Source: Thermoproteota archaeon
GTDB lineage: Archaea > Korarchaeota > JAOZGF01 > JAOZFZ01
Assembly: GCA_027492035.1 (NCBI GenBank)
Contig: JAOZFT010000004.1
Location: forward strand, 192,001 to 256,000
Length of the DNA: 64,000 nucleotides
Direction of reading: 5' to 3'
Part shown: positions 47,776-58,180 of the stretch, one piece after another
Numbering within the stretch: position 1 is the stretch's first letter
Layout: every line of letters begins with the position of its first letter
The notes under the pieces: model-generated
Told to the model about the DNA's origin: nothing
Database searches by the model: none
What the model saw: the letters and a program-made list of their open reading frames with translations, nothing else
Made by a program: the position numbers and the translations under genes

Positions 47776-49143
47776 TTAGAAACAATTAATTATTGATTTT
47801 GGCAAAGCTTCCTTTAAACCTGGCTGCATCTCTAAAGCCTTAGAAATGAGGTTTCTCGCTTCCTTGTCAGCTTTCTCAATAATTTTTGTTTCATTCATTT
47901 TTGTGAGTTTCCCTTCCTCAACTACGATTTCCCCGTCGACAAATACAGTGTCTACGTCGTTTCCGTTTGCGGAATAAACAATAGATGCCTCTTCATTGAA
48001 ATGAGGCGTTAAATGTGATTTTTTAATGTCTATAATTGTAATATCTGCTTTTTTCCCTTTCTCTATAGACCCTATCGAATTACTTAACCCTAGCCTTTCA
48101 GCAGCTAAAGAAGTAACCATTTCTAAGGCTTGAGAAGCAGGAAATACGGTTTCAGAAGAATAAATTGTCCTTTGAGTCATAATTAATGTTCTTAACTCCT
48201 CAATTAAGTCTATATTGTCGTTAGTACATGGGGCATCTGTCCCTATTATTACAGGAACCCCTCTCCTCACTAACTCCGAAGAATTATATTTTAAACCGTT
48301 AAGGGCATATGTAGAGGGACAATGCACCACTGTAGCATTGCCTTTAACTAATAACTCAATGTCTTCCTTGTCTATAAAAGTGCAATGTACAGCTAACAAT
48401 CTTGAATTTAGAACACCTAACTTGTTAAGCAGGTCTATTGGGCTCCTAGCTCCTCCACCCCAGGGTCCTTTAACTTTATCTTCCTCTCTTTTTGTTTGAT
48501 GAACATGCATGTGAATCAATGTATCCTTTTCTTCAGCTAAATCCCTTATTTCTCGGAGCCATTCAGGGTACACTGTGTCAGGAGCATGAGGGGCAAAACA
48601 TGGAATCACTAAGTTGCTTTTTCCTTTCCATTTCTCGACGAAGGATACTCCTCTCCTGAATTCCTTCTCCCCAATCCAGGGACCATCTACACTCATGATC
48701 GTATGTCCTAAAACCCCTCTCAAACCTATTTTTGTTAAAGCTTCAGCTATTTTTTCCATAAAGAAGTAATGATCAACAACTGTGGTTACGCCAAATTTTA
48801 ATGCTTCGCTTCCACCAAGTAAGGCTGCGGCGTGAATGCCCTCAGGCGTCCAAGCTTTTTCAATGGGCCAATAAACATTATAAAGCACGTTGCTTAGGTC
48901 TGATGTGATCCCCCTTAAAAAGCACATAGCTATATGTGTATGCGAATCAATTAAACCAGGAATTGCTAGTTTCCCCTTTCCCTCTATCACCGAATCTACT
49001 GAACCTGGATTTTTAAATCTCGCCATTCTGTCGACATCAGTTATCTCATTGCCTTCCACCAAAATATAACCCTTCTCAATTTTTTTCTTTCCTTTATCCA
49101 TAGTTAAGATTCTTATGTTTCTAATGAGCTTTGTTTCACCCAA
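47776..49143 (-). CDS. Amidohydrolase (MTA/SAH deaminase-like)
   Basis: PGLIDSHTH, APHAP, HMHVHQ, VHC, GTD, GSIEKGKKAD. Confidence 0.85.
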   Translation of the reverse strand: MGETKLIRNIRILTMDKGKKKIEKGYILVEGNEITDVDRMARFKNPGSVDSVIEGKGKLAIPGLIDSHTHIAMCFLRGITSDLSNVLYNVYWPIEKAWTPEGIHAAALLGGSEALKFGVTTVVDHYFFMEKIAEALTKIGLRGVLGHTIMSVDGPWIGEKEFRRGVSFVEKWKGKSNLVIPCFAPHAPDTVYPEWLREIRDLAEEKDTLIHMHVHQTKREEDKVKGPWGGGARSPIDLLNKLGVLNSRLLAVHCTFIDKEDIELLVKGNATVVHCPSTYALNGLKYNSSELVRRGVPVIIGTDAPCTNDNIDLIEELRTLIMTQRTIYSSETVFPASQALEMVTSLAAERLGLSNSIGSIEKGKKADITIIDIKKSHLTPHFNEEASIVYSANGNDVDTVFVDGEIVVEEGKLTKMNETKIIEKADKEARNLISKALEMQPGLKEALPKSIINCF

Positions 49144-49267
49144 TTTTTTCCACTTCCTTCTTTCTCAAAAAAAGAATTTTTAAAAAGTAATTAAAGGAGA
49201 ATAGGTTGCTATTAAAGTTAATGTTTCTCGGTTTTAGGGAGAAGTAGAAAAAAAATTATAAGAAAGG

Positions 49268-50140
49268 TTGAGGGGAGTGAATCCTGTTTTGTTTTTGTTA
49301 GCTTTATTACAAGGGTTTTTAGAGTGGTTGCCTGTAAGTAGTGAAGGTCAAAGTATGCTTTTCCTTATCCAGCTTTTCCACATCCCTCCTGAAACAGCGT
49401 TTTCTCTTTCTATTTATTTCCATGCTGGAACTTTGCTGTCTGTCATCATTTATTTCAGGAGAATGATACTTAACCTCTTACATGCTTTCCTCCACTTAGT
49501 TCGTTCCTTGATTAAAGGAAAAATTTCCTTAAAGGAAGCTGGAACAGAAATTAATAGATTAGAAAGCAGAATGTTGCTTTTTCTGGCCGTAGGATCCTTT
49601 TCTACAGGTGCAACAGGTGTACCTTTGTTTTTTTTAATTAATGAGGGGATGTTGAATCTGAAAAGTGACATCATCTCCATCCTAATAGGGGGTCTCTTGA
49701 TTTTCAGTGGTTTATTGTTGCTTTTAACAAATAAGAAATATGGTTTAAGAAATTGTGAGGATGTAAGTGCTTTTCACGGCTTTATAGTTGGTTTACTTCA
49801 AGGAATAGCTATTTTACCTGGTATAAGCCGTTCAGGAATAACTATAAGCTCTTTGCTGTTTCTAAACTTTAATGAAGAAGCGTCACTTAAATTATCTTTT
49901 ATGCTCTCCATACCTGCAGTTATTGGGGCTATAGTTTCTGAATTTCTTTTCGGGGCTAAGGGTTTATTTGTTGAATTTCCTTTCCGAGAAATTTTGTTAA
50001 GCATCATATTAACTTGTTTAATAGGGCTGCTCTCTATATTTTTATTGCTTAAGATTTCCAGGAAAATAGGGTTCGTTTATTTTACTCTATTTATAGGTTT
50101 CTTAGCGGTTTTACTTAACCTACCTGCCATTTTCAAATGA
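49268..50140 (+). CDS. uppP: Undecaprenyl-diphosphate phosphatase (BacA/UppP family)
   Basis: QGFLEWLPVSSEG, HAGT, PGISRSG, SFMLSIPA. Confidence 0.92.
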   Translation: MRGVNPVLFLLALLQGFLEWLPVSSEGQSMLFLIQLFHIPPETAFSLSIYFHAGTLLSVIIYFRRMILNLLHAFLHLVRSLIKGKISLKEAGTEINRLESRMLLFLAVGSFSTGATGVPLFFLINEGMLNLKSDIISILIGGLLIFSGLLLLLTNKKYGLRNCEDVSAFHGFIVGLLQGIAILPGISRSGITISSLLFLNFNEEASLKLSFMLSIPAVIGAIVSEFLFGAKGLFVEFPFREILLSIILTCLIGLLSIFLLLKISRKIGFVYFTLFIGFLAVLLNLPAIFK

Positions 50141-50168
50141 GTACTAGTTGCAATAAATATATTACTCA

Positions 50169-51407
50169 TTAAATTGATTCAATCGCCTTTTTTATTTGGA
50201 AGTAGGGTAAATCATATTTTTCTCTTTTCCTTTCAAAGTAGATGATCGGTAAGTTGAATTTTTCAAAGAAGGACTTGAGTTTCTTGTCGATAAGGAAGAG
50301 CATCTTCAAATTTTGTTTTTTAGAGATTTCCTTAAGAACTTCGATTTTCTTTTCAATATATTCTTTCCTCCAATACCCAATTACTTCGAGATAGACCTCC
50401 TTGCCTTTATATTTTATTTTGAAGTCTGGAAGAAACACTTTATCGCCCACAGGTATGAGCCCTGGTTCTCTAATCAAAATTAGATCTTGAAGCGTTGAAA
50501 GGTTCCAGAAAAGCTGTTTCTCGACTTTGCTGTTGAAATCAAGAAACGTAAGTTGAGGCTGCCATAGAAGTGGTGGTGACGCACTATCAATTTTTAAAAC
50601 ATAATCCTTTCTGTTCAAATGAATGTGTGCTTTCAAAAGCCAAGGCTTGAAACTCTTCATTAAAGGGAATATCCCAACTAGTACCGAACCTATTTTCTCC
50701 CCATATTTCGTTGGTTTACTAAACAATTCATATGGCCCAGAAATTCTTAAAGTAACTGAGTTATGTTTGAGGAAGGTGTTGAACAGCAACCCCTTCCTTT
50801 TCACTCGGTAAATAACCTCTTTTAAAAGATGTCCTGAGCCCAAGTAACTTTTAGATTCTGTTGAAAAATTTAGTGTTATGGAAGAGCTGTGCCTGAGTAA
50901 CGAATTAAGAAGCATGAAATTGTAATACCCTATTACCTCTTCTGGTTTCGGCTCCTTTTTTTTCACTAGTTTTTCTTCATCTTTTTCAGTTGACCAAAGG
51001 AAATCCTCAAGTTCTTTTACGTTTAGGTCTAGATTCATTTCTTCAATGAATTGTTTTAGAAAGGAAAATCTCTCCTCTCTTCTAATAAAGCCTTTCTTTT
51101 CCAACGAGACTTTTCTGAAAAGCTTTTCTCTTAACAAAGAAGGGGACAGAAGATTTTGTTTATCCCTTGAAGCAGTGAATTCGAAAAAGTACATGGTTAA
51201 AGTTTTGAATAATCCAAGAGCTAATTTTTCGTCGCCTACTAAGCAACTGATCGCTGAAAAGTCAATGTTCTTTCTTTTTTTCCCTTCTTGAGAATTAAGA
51301 AAATCAATTAATAACTTCACAAGTTGTGAATGTGTTTTTAGAGATAGCCAAAGCGGGTAAATACCTCCTTTTCTTAATCTATATCTGACTAAGCCGCTTC
51401 CCAACAT
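50169..51407 (-). CDS. DUF790 family endonuclease (Bax1-like)
   Basis: YNFML, ISGP...TKYG, FNSKVE, REP...FLPDF...YLEVIGYWRKEYIEKK. Confidence 0.85.
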   Translation of the reverse strand: MLGSGLVRYRLRKGGIYPLWLSLKTHSQLVKLLIDFLNSQEGKKRKNIDFSAISCLVGDEKLALGLFKTLTMYFFEFTASRDKQNLLSPSLLREKLFRKVSLEKKGFIRREERFSFLKQFIEEMNLDLNVKELEDFLWSTEKDEEKLVKKKEPKPEEVIGYYNFMLLNSLLRHSSSITLNFSTESKSYLGSGHLLKEVIYRVKRKGLLFNTFLKHNSVTLRISGPYELFSKPTKYGEKIGSVLVGIFPLMKSFKPWLLKAHIHLNRKDYVLKIDSASPPLLWQPQLTFLDFNSKVEKQLFWNLSTLQDLILIREPGLIPVGDKVFLPDFKIKYKGKEVYLEVIGYWRKEYIEKKIEVLKEISKKQNLKMLFLIDKKLKSFFEKFNLPIIYFERKREKYDLPYFQIKKAIESI

Positions 51408-51464
51408 CGCAGGTACTTCTTTTTTGCCTTTTTAACTTTTAAAGGGGGTGAAAGCGTTTTTCCT

Positions 51465-52097
51465 TTATAAAAGGGTTAATGCTGCCGAAAGGGCGCCATA
51501 TTTGACAGATACTAACTTTTCACCACCAGCTATTATTATCACATCTAAGTCTTTAGGCTTAAAGATGGAAATTATTTTCTTTGCAATATTGGGGTACTCC
51601 TCTGAAAGATTTGAAAGCGTAGGCATAATTAAGTTTCCGTCCTCAAAAATTAAGGTAATGGCTCCTGAAGCTCCAGCCTTAATTGCAGCATCACGTTGCT
51701 CAACTCCTCTTGAAACTTTCCTTGTATCTACATGGTGAAGAAGAACCCCTACTTGATATTTTCCCATTCCAAGCTCCTTTATTTCTATAGGTATAATTTC
51801 TTTAATTTTAGACTCTATACTATTAAAAAGGACTAAACCTTTCTCTGTAAGTGTGCAACCAGATTTGCTTGTTGTTATTATGTTTTCGGCTTTAAGTTTT
51901 TTTATTAGTGTCCTAACTGCTCCCTCCCCTAAACTTAATTCTTCAGCTAATTTTTTTCTTCCAATGTTTCTTTTTTTGCCTATCAACCTAATGGCTTGAA
52001 CTAAATGAGAAACATTAAAACTTAAAGAGGGCCCTATATTCTCCTTTTTCAAGATTTTGTAGAGGGAATCAAAGGTCTTTTTTGGATATAAAGTCAT
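51465..52097 (-). CDS. wHTH + DUF4443-like domain protein
   Basis: IGRKKLAEELSLGEGAVRTL, GVEQRDAAIKAGASGA. Confidence 0.8.
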   Translation of the reverse strand: MTLYPKKTFDSLYKILKKENIGPSLSFNVSHLVQAIRLIGKKRNIGRKKLAEELSLGEGAVRTLIKKLKAENIITTSKSGCTLTEKGLVLFNSIESKIKEIIPIEIKELGMGKYQVGVLLHHVDTRKVSRGVEQRDAAIKAGASGAITLIFEDGNLIMPTLSNLSEEYPNIAKKIISIFKPKDLDVIIIAGGEKLVSVKYGALSAALTLL

Positions 52098-52234
52098 TAT
52101 TGCCCTCCAATAAATTAAAAGTAAGTCTTCTAGAGTAGAGATAATGAAAATTTTGTTTTTAAATTTAAGTTAATTATGGAATAAACTTTTTAATTTTTTT
52201 ACAATATAATTTTTTTATTGAAATGTTTTGATTT

Positions 52235-52585
52235 TCAGTTTATTATTAACCTGTAAATCACATATTTTCCCTTTACTTCTAATTCTTTAAGCTCTAAGAA
52301 GTAGGGGTCTCCTCTTGATCGAATAGCATATCCTTTCTTTACTGCCTCCAGGAAAAAGTGTTTGTCTATTGCTATACTTGGCCCTATGGATGGGTCTCTT
52401 AAGAAGATTTTTTTGTCACCGGAGGAGAAGTAATCAAGAAGTTTCTTTTTACTGAAAAAGTATGCTTTAGCTGATAGAAGGCCGGAATATGCTAGAGATT
52501 CGCAAGTTAAGTTTTTCATTTTCACTATTTTAGGGGAATTCTTCTCTTCACTTTTTAATATGGCACTTTTAATTAACTGTTTCAA
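52235..52585 (-). CDS. Hypothetical protein
   Basis: 116-aa ORF, TTG start after GGAGGT. Confidence 0.55.
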   Translation of the reverse strand: MKQLIKSAILKSEEKNSPKIVKMKNLTCESLAYSGLLSAKAYFFSKKKLLDYFSSGDKKIFLRDPSIGPSIAIDKHFFLEAVKKGYAIRSRGDPYFLELKELEVKGKYVIYRLIIN

Positions 52586-52727
52586 ATACAGATACCTCCA
52601 CTACTTGAAAGAGATGAAACTGCAAAAACAAACTGGATATATATGCGTCAATTGTTTATTTAAGGCTTTCGAATTTCTAGACGAAGTATAAAACAGCAAA
52701 AAACGAAAAAATAGTATATAAAAGATG

Positions 52728-54248
52728 TCACTGCTTCTTCCCACAACGTCCTTCCTTGAGGAGCTTTATAAGTTCCTCTAAAGTAACCAATTTAATTTCT
52801 TGCCCCTTTTTTATGACCACCCCCTCTAAGAGACCTGCTTCAATTTCACCGAGTTTTAAATACTGTATTTTCTCTAGAATCGAGGAGTTTACTTTCAATT
52901 GTCTATGTGTTTCTTTAAAGGAATATTCGTGAATTATTCCATCCTCAGCAAGTTTCACATCAGTAAACTTCTTTATTTTTTCCTTTAATGCTTCCTTAGC
53001 GGGTCTGTTTCCATGAACTAGACACGTTATTTTCGGTTTCATTTTCTTCAAAGTAGTTATTAATCCTCTTTGGTCAGCGTGAGCCGATAAATTTATCTGC
53101 TTAATACCGCACTTAACCTTTACTTTTTTCCTCCTTTTTTCCAGGAAGTCATAAAGTTCTACTTCTTTTGAGCCGTTCAGGATTTCATATGCTGGTGTGT
53201 TGTCTGCGCAGTACCCTGGAAATATTAAGAGATTCCTTTTATCCGGAATTAACTCAATTGCAAGAAATGAACTGAACCCGCCAGTCAACATGCCACTTGC
53301 TGCTAAATAAACGGCTGGTTCAGATAAATCTATTTGATTAGGTGACTCTATCAACTTTATATTTTTGAAGTCAAAGGGGTTCTTTCTAGTTGTTGTAACT
53401 ATGTTTTGTATGCTTTTATTCATCCATGCGGTGTAGTTTTTGTAAATTTGTAAAGCTTTCCGTGATAAACCGGCGCAAAAGTAAATTGGGCAGTTGCCTT
53501 GGAATTTAGTGTAGTTTCTCTCAAAAATAAGCATTAGTTCCTGTATCCTACCTACTGCAAAGCTTGGGATGAGTACAGACCCACCTTCTTTTATAATTTG
53601 AAGTGATGAATCAATTATTTCCTTTTCTCTTTCTTTACGGCTTTTGAAGTTTTTATCTCCATAAGTAGATTCGCTTACAACTATTTCAGGCTTCTTCACC
53701 CCCGAAATGTCCACTTTGTTGAGGTGGTTATCTTTAACATCTGAAAAATCACTCATGTAAATCATTTCGAAACTGTCTAGCTTAAGTTGCACTATAGCGC
53801 TTCCTAGTATATGTCCGGCATCCAAAAACCTAAAAGTTAGAGGCCCAACTTCTTTAGCTTCTTTATAGAATAAAGGCGTCATAAGGTTGAGGGATGAGTT
53901 TATTTCTTTCAATCCAAACATGCTTTTTTTACCTGCACCTAGTTTGTAAGCATCCAAAAGCAAAATCCTTGTGAGATCTCTTGTGGGGTGAGTTGAATAA
54001 ATGGGCCCCTCAAAACCTAGTTTAGCCAGAAGGGGGATGTTGCCAGTGTGGTCCAGGTGTGCATGAGTCAAAATAACCGCATCTAATTCCCTAATTATTT
54101 TTTCGTTAAGTGGTAGAATTTGGCTGTTTGGGGAGGAGTAACTTGATCCACAATCTAACAGTATTTTAGCGCCTTTGTACTCTATTAAATGGCAACTGTT
54201 CCCTATTCTGCTTGCTCCTCCCAAATGGGTTATTTTCAGTTTCGTCAT
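52728..54248 (-). CDS. Beta-CASP metallo-beta-lactamase ribonuclease (aCPSF2-like, no KH domains)
   Basis: THAHLDHTG, AGHILGS, ESTYG, FAVGRIQE, SGMLTGG, SAHAD, VHG. Confidence 0.9.
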   Translation of the reverse strand: MTKLKITHLGGASRIGNSCHLIEYKGAKILLDCGSSYSSPNSQILPLNEKIIRELDAVILTHAHLDHTGNIPLLAKLGFEGPIYSTHPTRDLTRILLLDAYKLGAGKKSMFGLKEINSSLNLMTPLFYKEAKEVGPLTFRFLDAGHILGSAIVQLKLDSFEMIYMSDFSDVKDNHLNKVDISGVKKPEIVVSESTYGDKNFKSRKEREKEIIDSSLQIIKEGGSVLIPSFAVGRIQELMLIFERNYTKFQGNCPIYFCAGLSRKALQIYKNYTAWMNKSIQNIVTTTRKNPFDFKNIKLIESPNQIDLSEPAVYLAASGMLTGGFSSFLAIELIPDKRNLLIFPGYCADNTPAYEILNGSKEVELYDFLEKRRKKVKVKCGIKQINLSAHADQRGLITTLKKMKPKITCLVHGNRPAKEALKEKIKKFTDVKLAEDGIIHEYSFKETHRQLKVNSSILEKIQYLKLGEIEAGLLEGVVIKKGQEIKLVTLEELIKLLKEGRCGKKQ

Positions 54249-54464
54249 TTATATTTTCCCTCTCTAAAAGCTCTTTTGTAATAAAAGACTTTTTATTTAT
54301 GAAATAGTACACCTGTTTGAACTGTGTTTATTCTTTTTAAAAGGGAAAACTACATCTTCAGTCCCGTGTAAATTTAAAATTTCAGAAAAGGTTTTTAAGT
54401 AATGGTTCACAATGAGTGTGTAACCAAGGAAGTCACACTTTAAAAGAGTCCCTCTCGTGTTTAA

Positions 54465-55055
54465 GTGGTGTGTAGTTTGGGGTTAGAGGAAGAAGAAGCT
54501 GCTTTTTTAATAAAGATGAAAAAGAACTACATGAAACAATTGGAAGAGAAGGAGGAAGAAATAAAGGGGTTAAAGTTTCTAATTAAAATTATTGACTATT
54601 ACCTCAGCAGTAAATCATTTGTAACGGCTAAAGAGAAACTAAAAACCGGTGAAGGATTGCGAGGAGGTGAAAAGTTAGTCAAGAAGGGAATCGGTAAGAA
54701 AAGAGAAGTTATTGATTTGGTTTCCAGTGATGGATCACATTTGGGCGTTGTGACAGTTGATGAAGGATCTATAGAAATAGTGCCTGATAAAGATTATGAA
54801 TTTGGCGTTAACACCTCTCCCTTCTCTGTTTTCTTTGTAAGGAAAGTTTTGCTGGGAATGAAACTTATGGACGAGAATGCAAGGGTAAGAGGTGAATTAA
54901 ATAAAAAGGATGTCCTTGACTTCAAAATAGAGGAAATAGATAATAAACTGAAAAGAGTATTGATAACGAATTATAGAGATCCTAAAAGAATTAATCAAAT
55001 AGTTAGGGCAGCAAAATGGACATTAGAAACCATGTTGAAGAAGAGGGAACGATAG
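54465..55055 (+). CDS. Conserved hypothetical protein with N-terminal coiled coil
   Basis: SFVTAKE, SPFSVFFVRKVL, ITNYRDPKRINQIVRAAKWTLETM. Confidence 0.7.
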   Translation: MVCSLGLEEEEAAFLIKMKKNYMKQLEEKEEEIKGLKFLIKIIDYYLSSKSFVTAKEKLKTGEGLRGGEKLVKKGIGKKREVIDLVSSDGSHLGVVTVDEGSIEIVPDKDYEFGVNTSPFSVFFVRKVLLGMKLMDENARVRGELNKKDVLDFKIEEIDNKLKRVLITNYRDPKRINQIVRAAKWTLETMLKKRER

Positions 55056-55708
55056 CTGGAAAGGTGCAGCATTACTATTTAACATTTCTGGATTTAATTA
55101 AAAATAGCCCCAATTTATCTGTTAGAATGAAAACAATAATTATGGAAAGAAGGATGCAAATTTTTGATTTACTTCTCTTGTTTATGGAGAAAAATAAAGG
55201 GTTTAAAGTCAGAGATAAAACTTCTTTTCTTTGCGGATTAATTTATGTTGTTTTAAAAATGTTAGAAAATTACCCTAAAACTAAGGAAGTAACTAAAACT
55301 TTAATATCAAAAAATTTTGATGTGAATTTTACCACCTTGAAAAAAAGCATTGAAATGATAGAGTCCAAACTTAATTTGATCAAAATCTACTCCAAAGATA
55401 ATGTGCCAGCTTACCTTAACCCTCAAACTTCGCTTTTCCAACTCGTACAACACCTAATTAAGAAATCGGTAAGGAGAAAGTTTCTTATTTACCTTTTTGA
55501 TGAATCTATGATAGGATACAATGACTTAGACAATCTTTCAGGCGAGAAAGATAAAATAAAAAAGTTTGTATCCAGCGTGGTTAACTCAGAAATTTCTTCT
55601 ACCGTAAGTTCATTTGTTCATGAGGACTTCAAAGAGAACATAAAACTAATACTTCCTGAACTTGTGGAGAGGGAAGTTACTGTAACCATACGTAAATTAA
55701 TCAGTTAA
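55016..55708 (+). CDS. Hypothetical protein with a possible TFB/cyclin-fold repeat
   Basis: SFLCGLIYVVLKM...VTKTLISKNFDVNFTTLKKSIEMIESKLNL resembles the second TFIIB repeat. Confidence 0.5.
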   Translation: MDIRNHVEEEGTIAGKVQHYYLTFLDLIKNSPNLSVRMKTIIMERRMQIFDLLLLFMEKNKGFKVRDKTSFLCGLIYVVLKMLENYPKTKEVTKTLISKNFDVNFTTLKKSIEMIESKLNLIKIYSKDNVPAYLNPQTSLFQLVQHLIKKSVRRKFLIYLFDESMIGYNDLDNLSGEKDKIKKFVSSVVNSEISSTVSSFVHEDFKENIKLILPELVEREVTVTIRKLIS

Positions 55709-56942
55709 AAATCCTTACCGGGAAGACCCGTACTTCTCGATCTAATATCCCTGTAATTAATTTTGTTGCTTCCTTTACTGCATCATACCTCTTGACTTCA
55801 CTTGCTACATATTTAGCCCTCTTTTTGTATTCATCGCTTGATACTAAAGTAATCAATGCATTTATGAGGGTTCTATCATCTTCATTTTGCTGCACAACTC
55901 TTGCAATGCCTAATTTTTCCGCGTTTGAAGCTATCTCTTGGTGTTCAGGATGGTTTGGGGTTGGAATTATCAACATAGGCTTACCGTAGTATATAGCTTC
56001 AGAAACTGTGTTGTGGCCTCCTCTAGTTACTAATACGTCGCATGCCTTTAAATAAGGGAATCGATCAGCAACCCAACTATGAATGGATAACCTTTCTGAT
56101 CTCCAAGAATAGTTAGAGGAAGGATCTCCCTTGGTTACAATAAAATGAAACCTTTTGTTGAAAGATTTAAAATATTTAATTAGAGGTTTTACTCTTTCAA
56201 ACAAGGACTTTCTTTCTCTAGGGGTGCCGGAAATGCTAATATAAATCAAGTTTTTACCTGGCAGTTTTAGTTTCTTTTTTATTTCCTCTTGAGGAGGGTA
56301 CTCCTCTGGTTTTCGTAGAAGTATGGGGCCTATGAAGCTAAGTCTTTTCTTGTATTTCTCTAAAACGTTTAAGTGAGACTTGGCAAGAGTGTATGGTGGT
56401 TTAAAATCTGGGACGAGAATTTTTTCTCCTTTAGACCAAAAAATATTCAATATATGACTTACAGCTTTCTCTATTCTGGTATGTAAGAATTTGTCGTTTT
56501 TATTTTTTACCGTAAATAAGGGTGGGAGTAAAAGCTTTATTTGGTGCACTATGGTTACAATTGGTTTCTGTAATAAAGTGGCAGCTAAAATTGTTGAAAT
56601 CCTTGAGTCAGATACTATAACATCTGGGGTCTCTTTCCTTATTAACAAGGCCTCGTTTTGAAGATGGTTAAATAGCGTTTTGAAATATAATGGTCCCTGT
56701 TTAAGTGTAGTTTTTGCGTCAACCTCACCTTTTTCGTTTTCGGACCAAACCATAGGGAGTGTTTCATAAACTTTGAAACCTTTGTTCTTTATAATCTTTA
56801 CAGCATCTCCGTAACTTGAAAAAACAAGCTTAACATTCCTCTGTTGTATTAAACATTGTGCAACGGCTAAGCATCTACTTGCGTGTCCTAGTCCCATTCC
56901 ATTTACGCCAAAATATATCTTTGCTTCTCTTTTCATTTTCAA
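55701..56942 (-). CDS. GT-B glycosyltransferase (MurG/GT28-like)
   Basis: GMGLGHASR, VTRGGHNTVSEA, HPEHQ. Confidence 0.88.
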   Translation of the reverse strand: MKMKREAKIYFGVNGMGLGHASRCLAVAQCLIQQRNVKLVFSSYGDAVKIIKNKGFKVYETLPMVWSENEKGEVDAKTTLKQGPLYFKTLFNHLQNEALLIRKETPDVIVSDSRISTILAATLLQKPIVTIVHQIKLLLPPLFTVKNKNDKFLHTRIEKAVSHILNIFWSKGEKILVPDFKPPYTLAKSHLNVLEKYKKRLSFIGPILLRKPEEYPPQEEIKKKLKLPGKNLIYISISGTPRERKSLFERVKPLIKYFKSFNKRFHFIVTKGDPSSNYSWRSERLSIHSWVADRFPYLKACDVLVTRGGHNTVSEAIYYGKPMLIIPTPNHPEHQEIASNAEKLGIARVVQQNEDDRTLINALITLVSSDEYKKRAKYVASEVKRYDAVKEATKLITGILDREVRVFPVRIFN

Positions 56943-57541
56943 TGTTCCCCTAAAACCTTTTCTACTACCTCCCCTCCAGGTTGAGTTTCACTGAATATTT
57001 GTGCTTGGAATTTATAGATCTCAGTTTCAGGATCCAACCAGGCTTCACTGTTTAAGCCTGCCTTTAAACAAGTGTAAGAAAGGAATTCCTTGGTACTCCA
57101 ATTCTCTTCAACAGGAACTTGGGGCAAGAGTAAACCGGAAAAAGGGCCCTTTTTGATGATAAGGCCGTCTCTCCCTATTTTTATTTGTCTAAAAACTTGT
57201 TTTTTATCTATTGGCTGAGGTGGAGTCAATACACTTACTTCAATGATTATTTCTTTCATTTCTTTCCATGTAACAGCGTGAAATCTAGGGTCTTCCGTTG
57301 CTGCAGCTATGGCTGCGTTTGTCAAGGCTTGGATTAAAGGATAAATTGGCAAAGGAAAACCTATACATCCACGCAGTTCATTGTTTCTGGATCTTTTAAG
57401 AGTTACGAATACCCCTCTCTTCTGTAAAAGTTCCTTGGTGGGCACCCTTTCCGGAACCTTTTTTATTCCCCTTTGTAAATACACCTCAATAACTTCTCTA
57501 GCTGTTTTGACTAAGTACTTCCCTATTTCTAGGTTGAACAT
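56939..57541 (-). CDS. AMMECR1-domain protein
   Basis: GVFVTL, LRGCIG, EDPRF, EVSVLT, GLLLPQV, CLKAGL. Confidence 0.93.
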   Translation of the reverse strand: MFNLEIGKYLVKTAREVIEVYLQRGIKKVPERVPTKELLQKRGVFVTLKRSRNNELRGCIGFPLPIYPLIQALTNAAIAAATEDPRFHAVTWKEMKEIIIEVSVLTPPQPIDKKQVFRQIKIGRDGLIIKKGPFSGLLLPQVPVEENWSTKEFLSYTCLKAGLNSEAWLDPETEIYKFQAQIFSETQPGGEVVEKVLGEH

Positions 57542-57570
57542 TTTCTTATAGCCTCTAGTATGTCATTAAT

Positions 57571-58143
57571 TTATGAGGTTTGGGAAGGGCTTAGGTAACA
57601 TTCTTCGCAAACAAATAAGCCATTTTTCAATTTGAGAGAATCACTCCATTTTCCGCATACTTCACATATCCCCACCAGTTGGCTTTCATAACTTGCTATT
57701 AATTCCTCCCCTCTTTCGGCATGCAGCCTCTCTGTTAATATTTCTATAAGATAAGGTGCATACTGCAGAATATCTCTTGAGGAAATTACGCCGACCATTT
57801 TTCCCTTATCCATGACAATTAATCTTCTAATGTTGTTTTTAGCCATTAATTTTGAAGCATCTAACAAACTTTTGTTTGGAGAAATAGTTATTACTGGAGA
57901 TTTATAGATTTGTTTTGCTTTGACTTTTTTTGGATCTAGCTCCTTAGACAAAACTTCTCTTATTAAATCTCCCTCACTCATTACCCCAACTGGTTTACCG
58001 TTACTTACTACCACTATGAACCCTATTTTATGTTCAGCCATTTTTTTCGCTACAGAAACTATGCTGTCGTTTAAGTCACAAGTTATAATGTTCGCCGTCA
58101 TTATCTCTCCTACATTTAAGTTTTTACGCATCCTAGCCATCAA
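57571..58143 (-). CDS. CBS-pair protein with C-terminal Zn ribbon
   Basis: Two CBS repeats; GICEVCG...VCEEC. Confidence 0.9.
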   Translation of the reverse strand: MMARMRKNLNVGEIMTANIITCDLNDSIVSVAKKMAEHKIGFIVVVSNGKPVGVMSEGDLIREVLSKELDPKKVKAKQIYKSPVITISPNKSLLDASKLMAKNNIRRLIVMDKGKMVGVISSRDILQYAPYLIEILTERLHAERGEELIASYESQLVGICEVCGKWSDSLKLKNGLFVCEECYLSPSQTS

Positions 58144-58180
58144 CTCCTATCAAACACGGCTTTTATATTAAACAAAAGCT

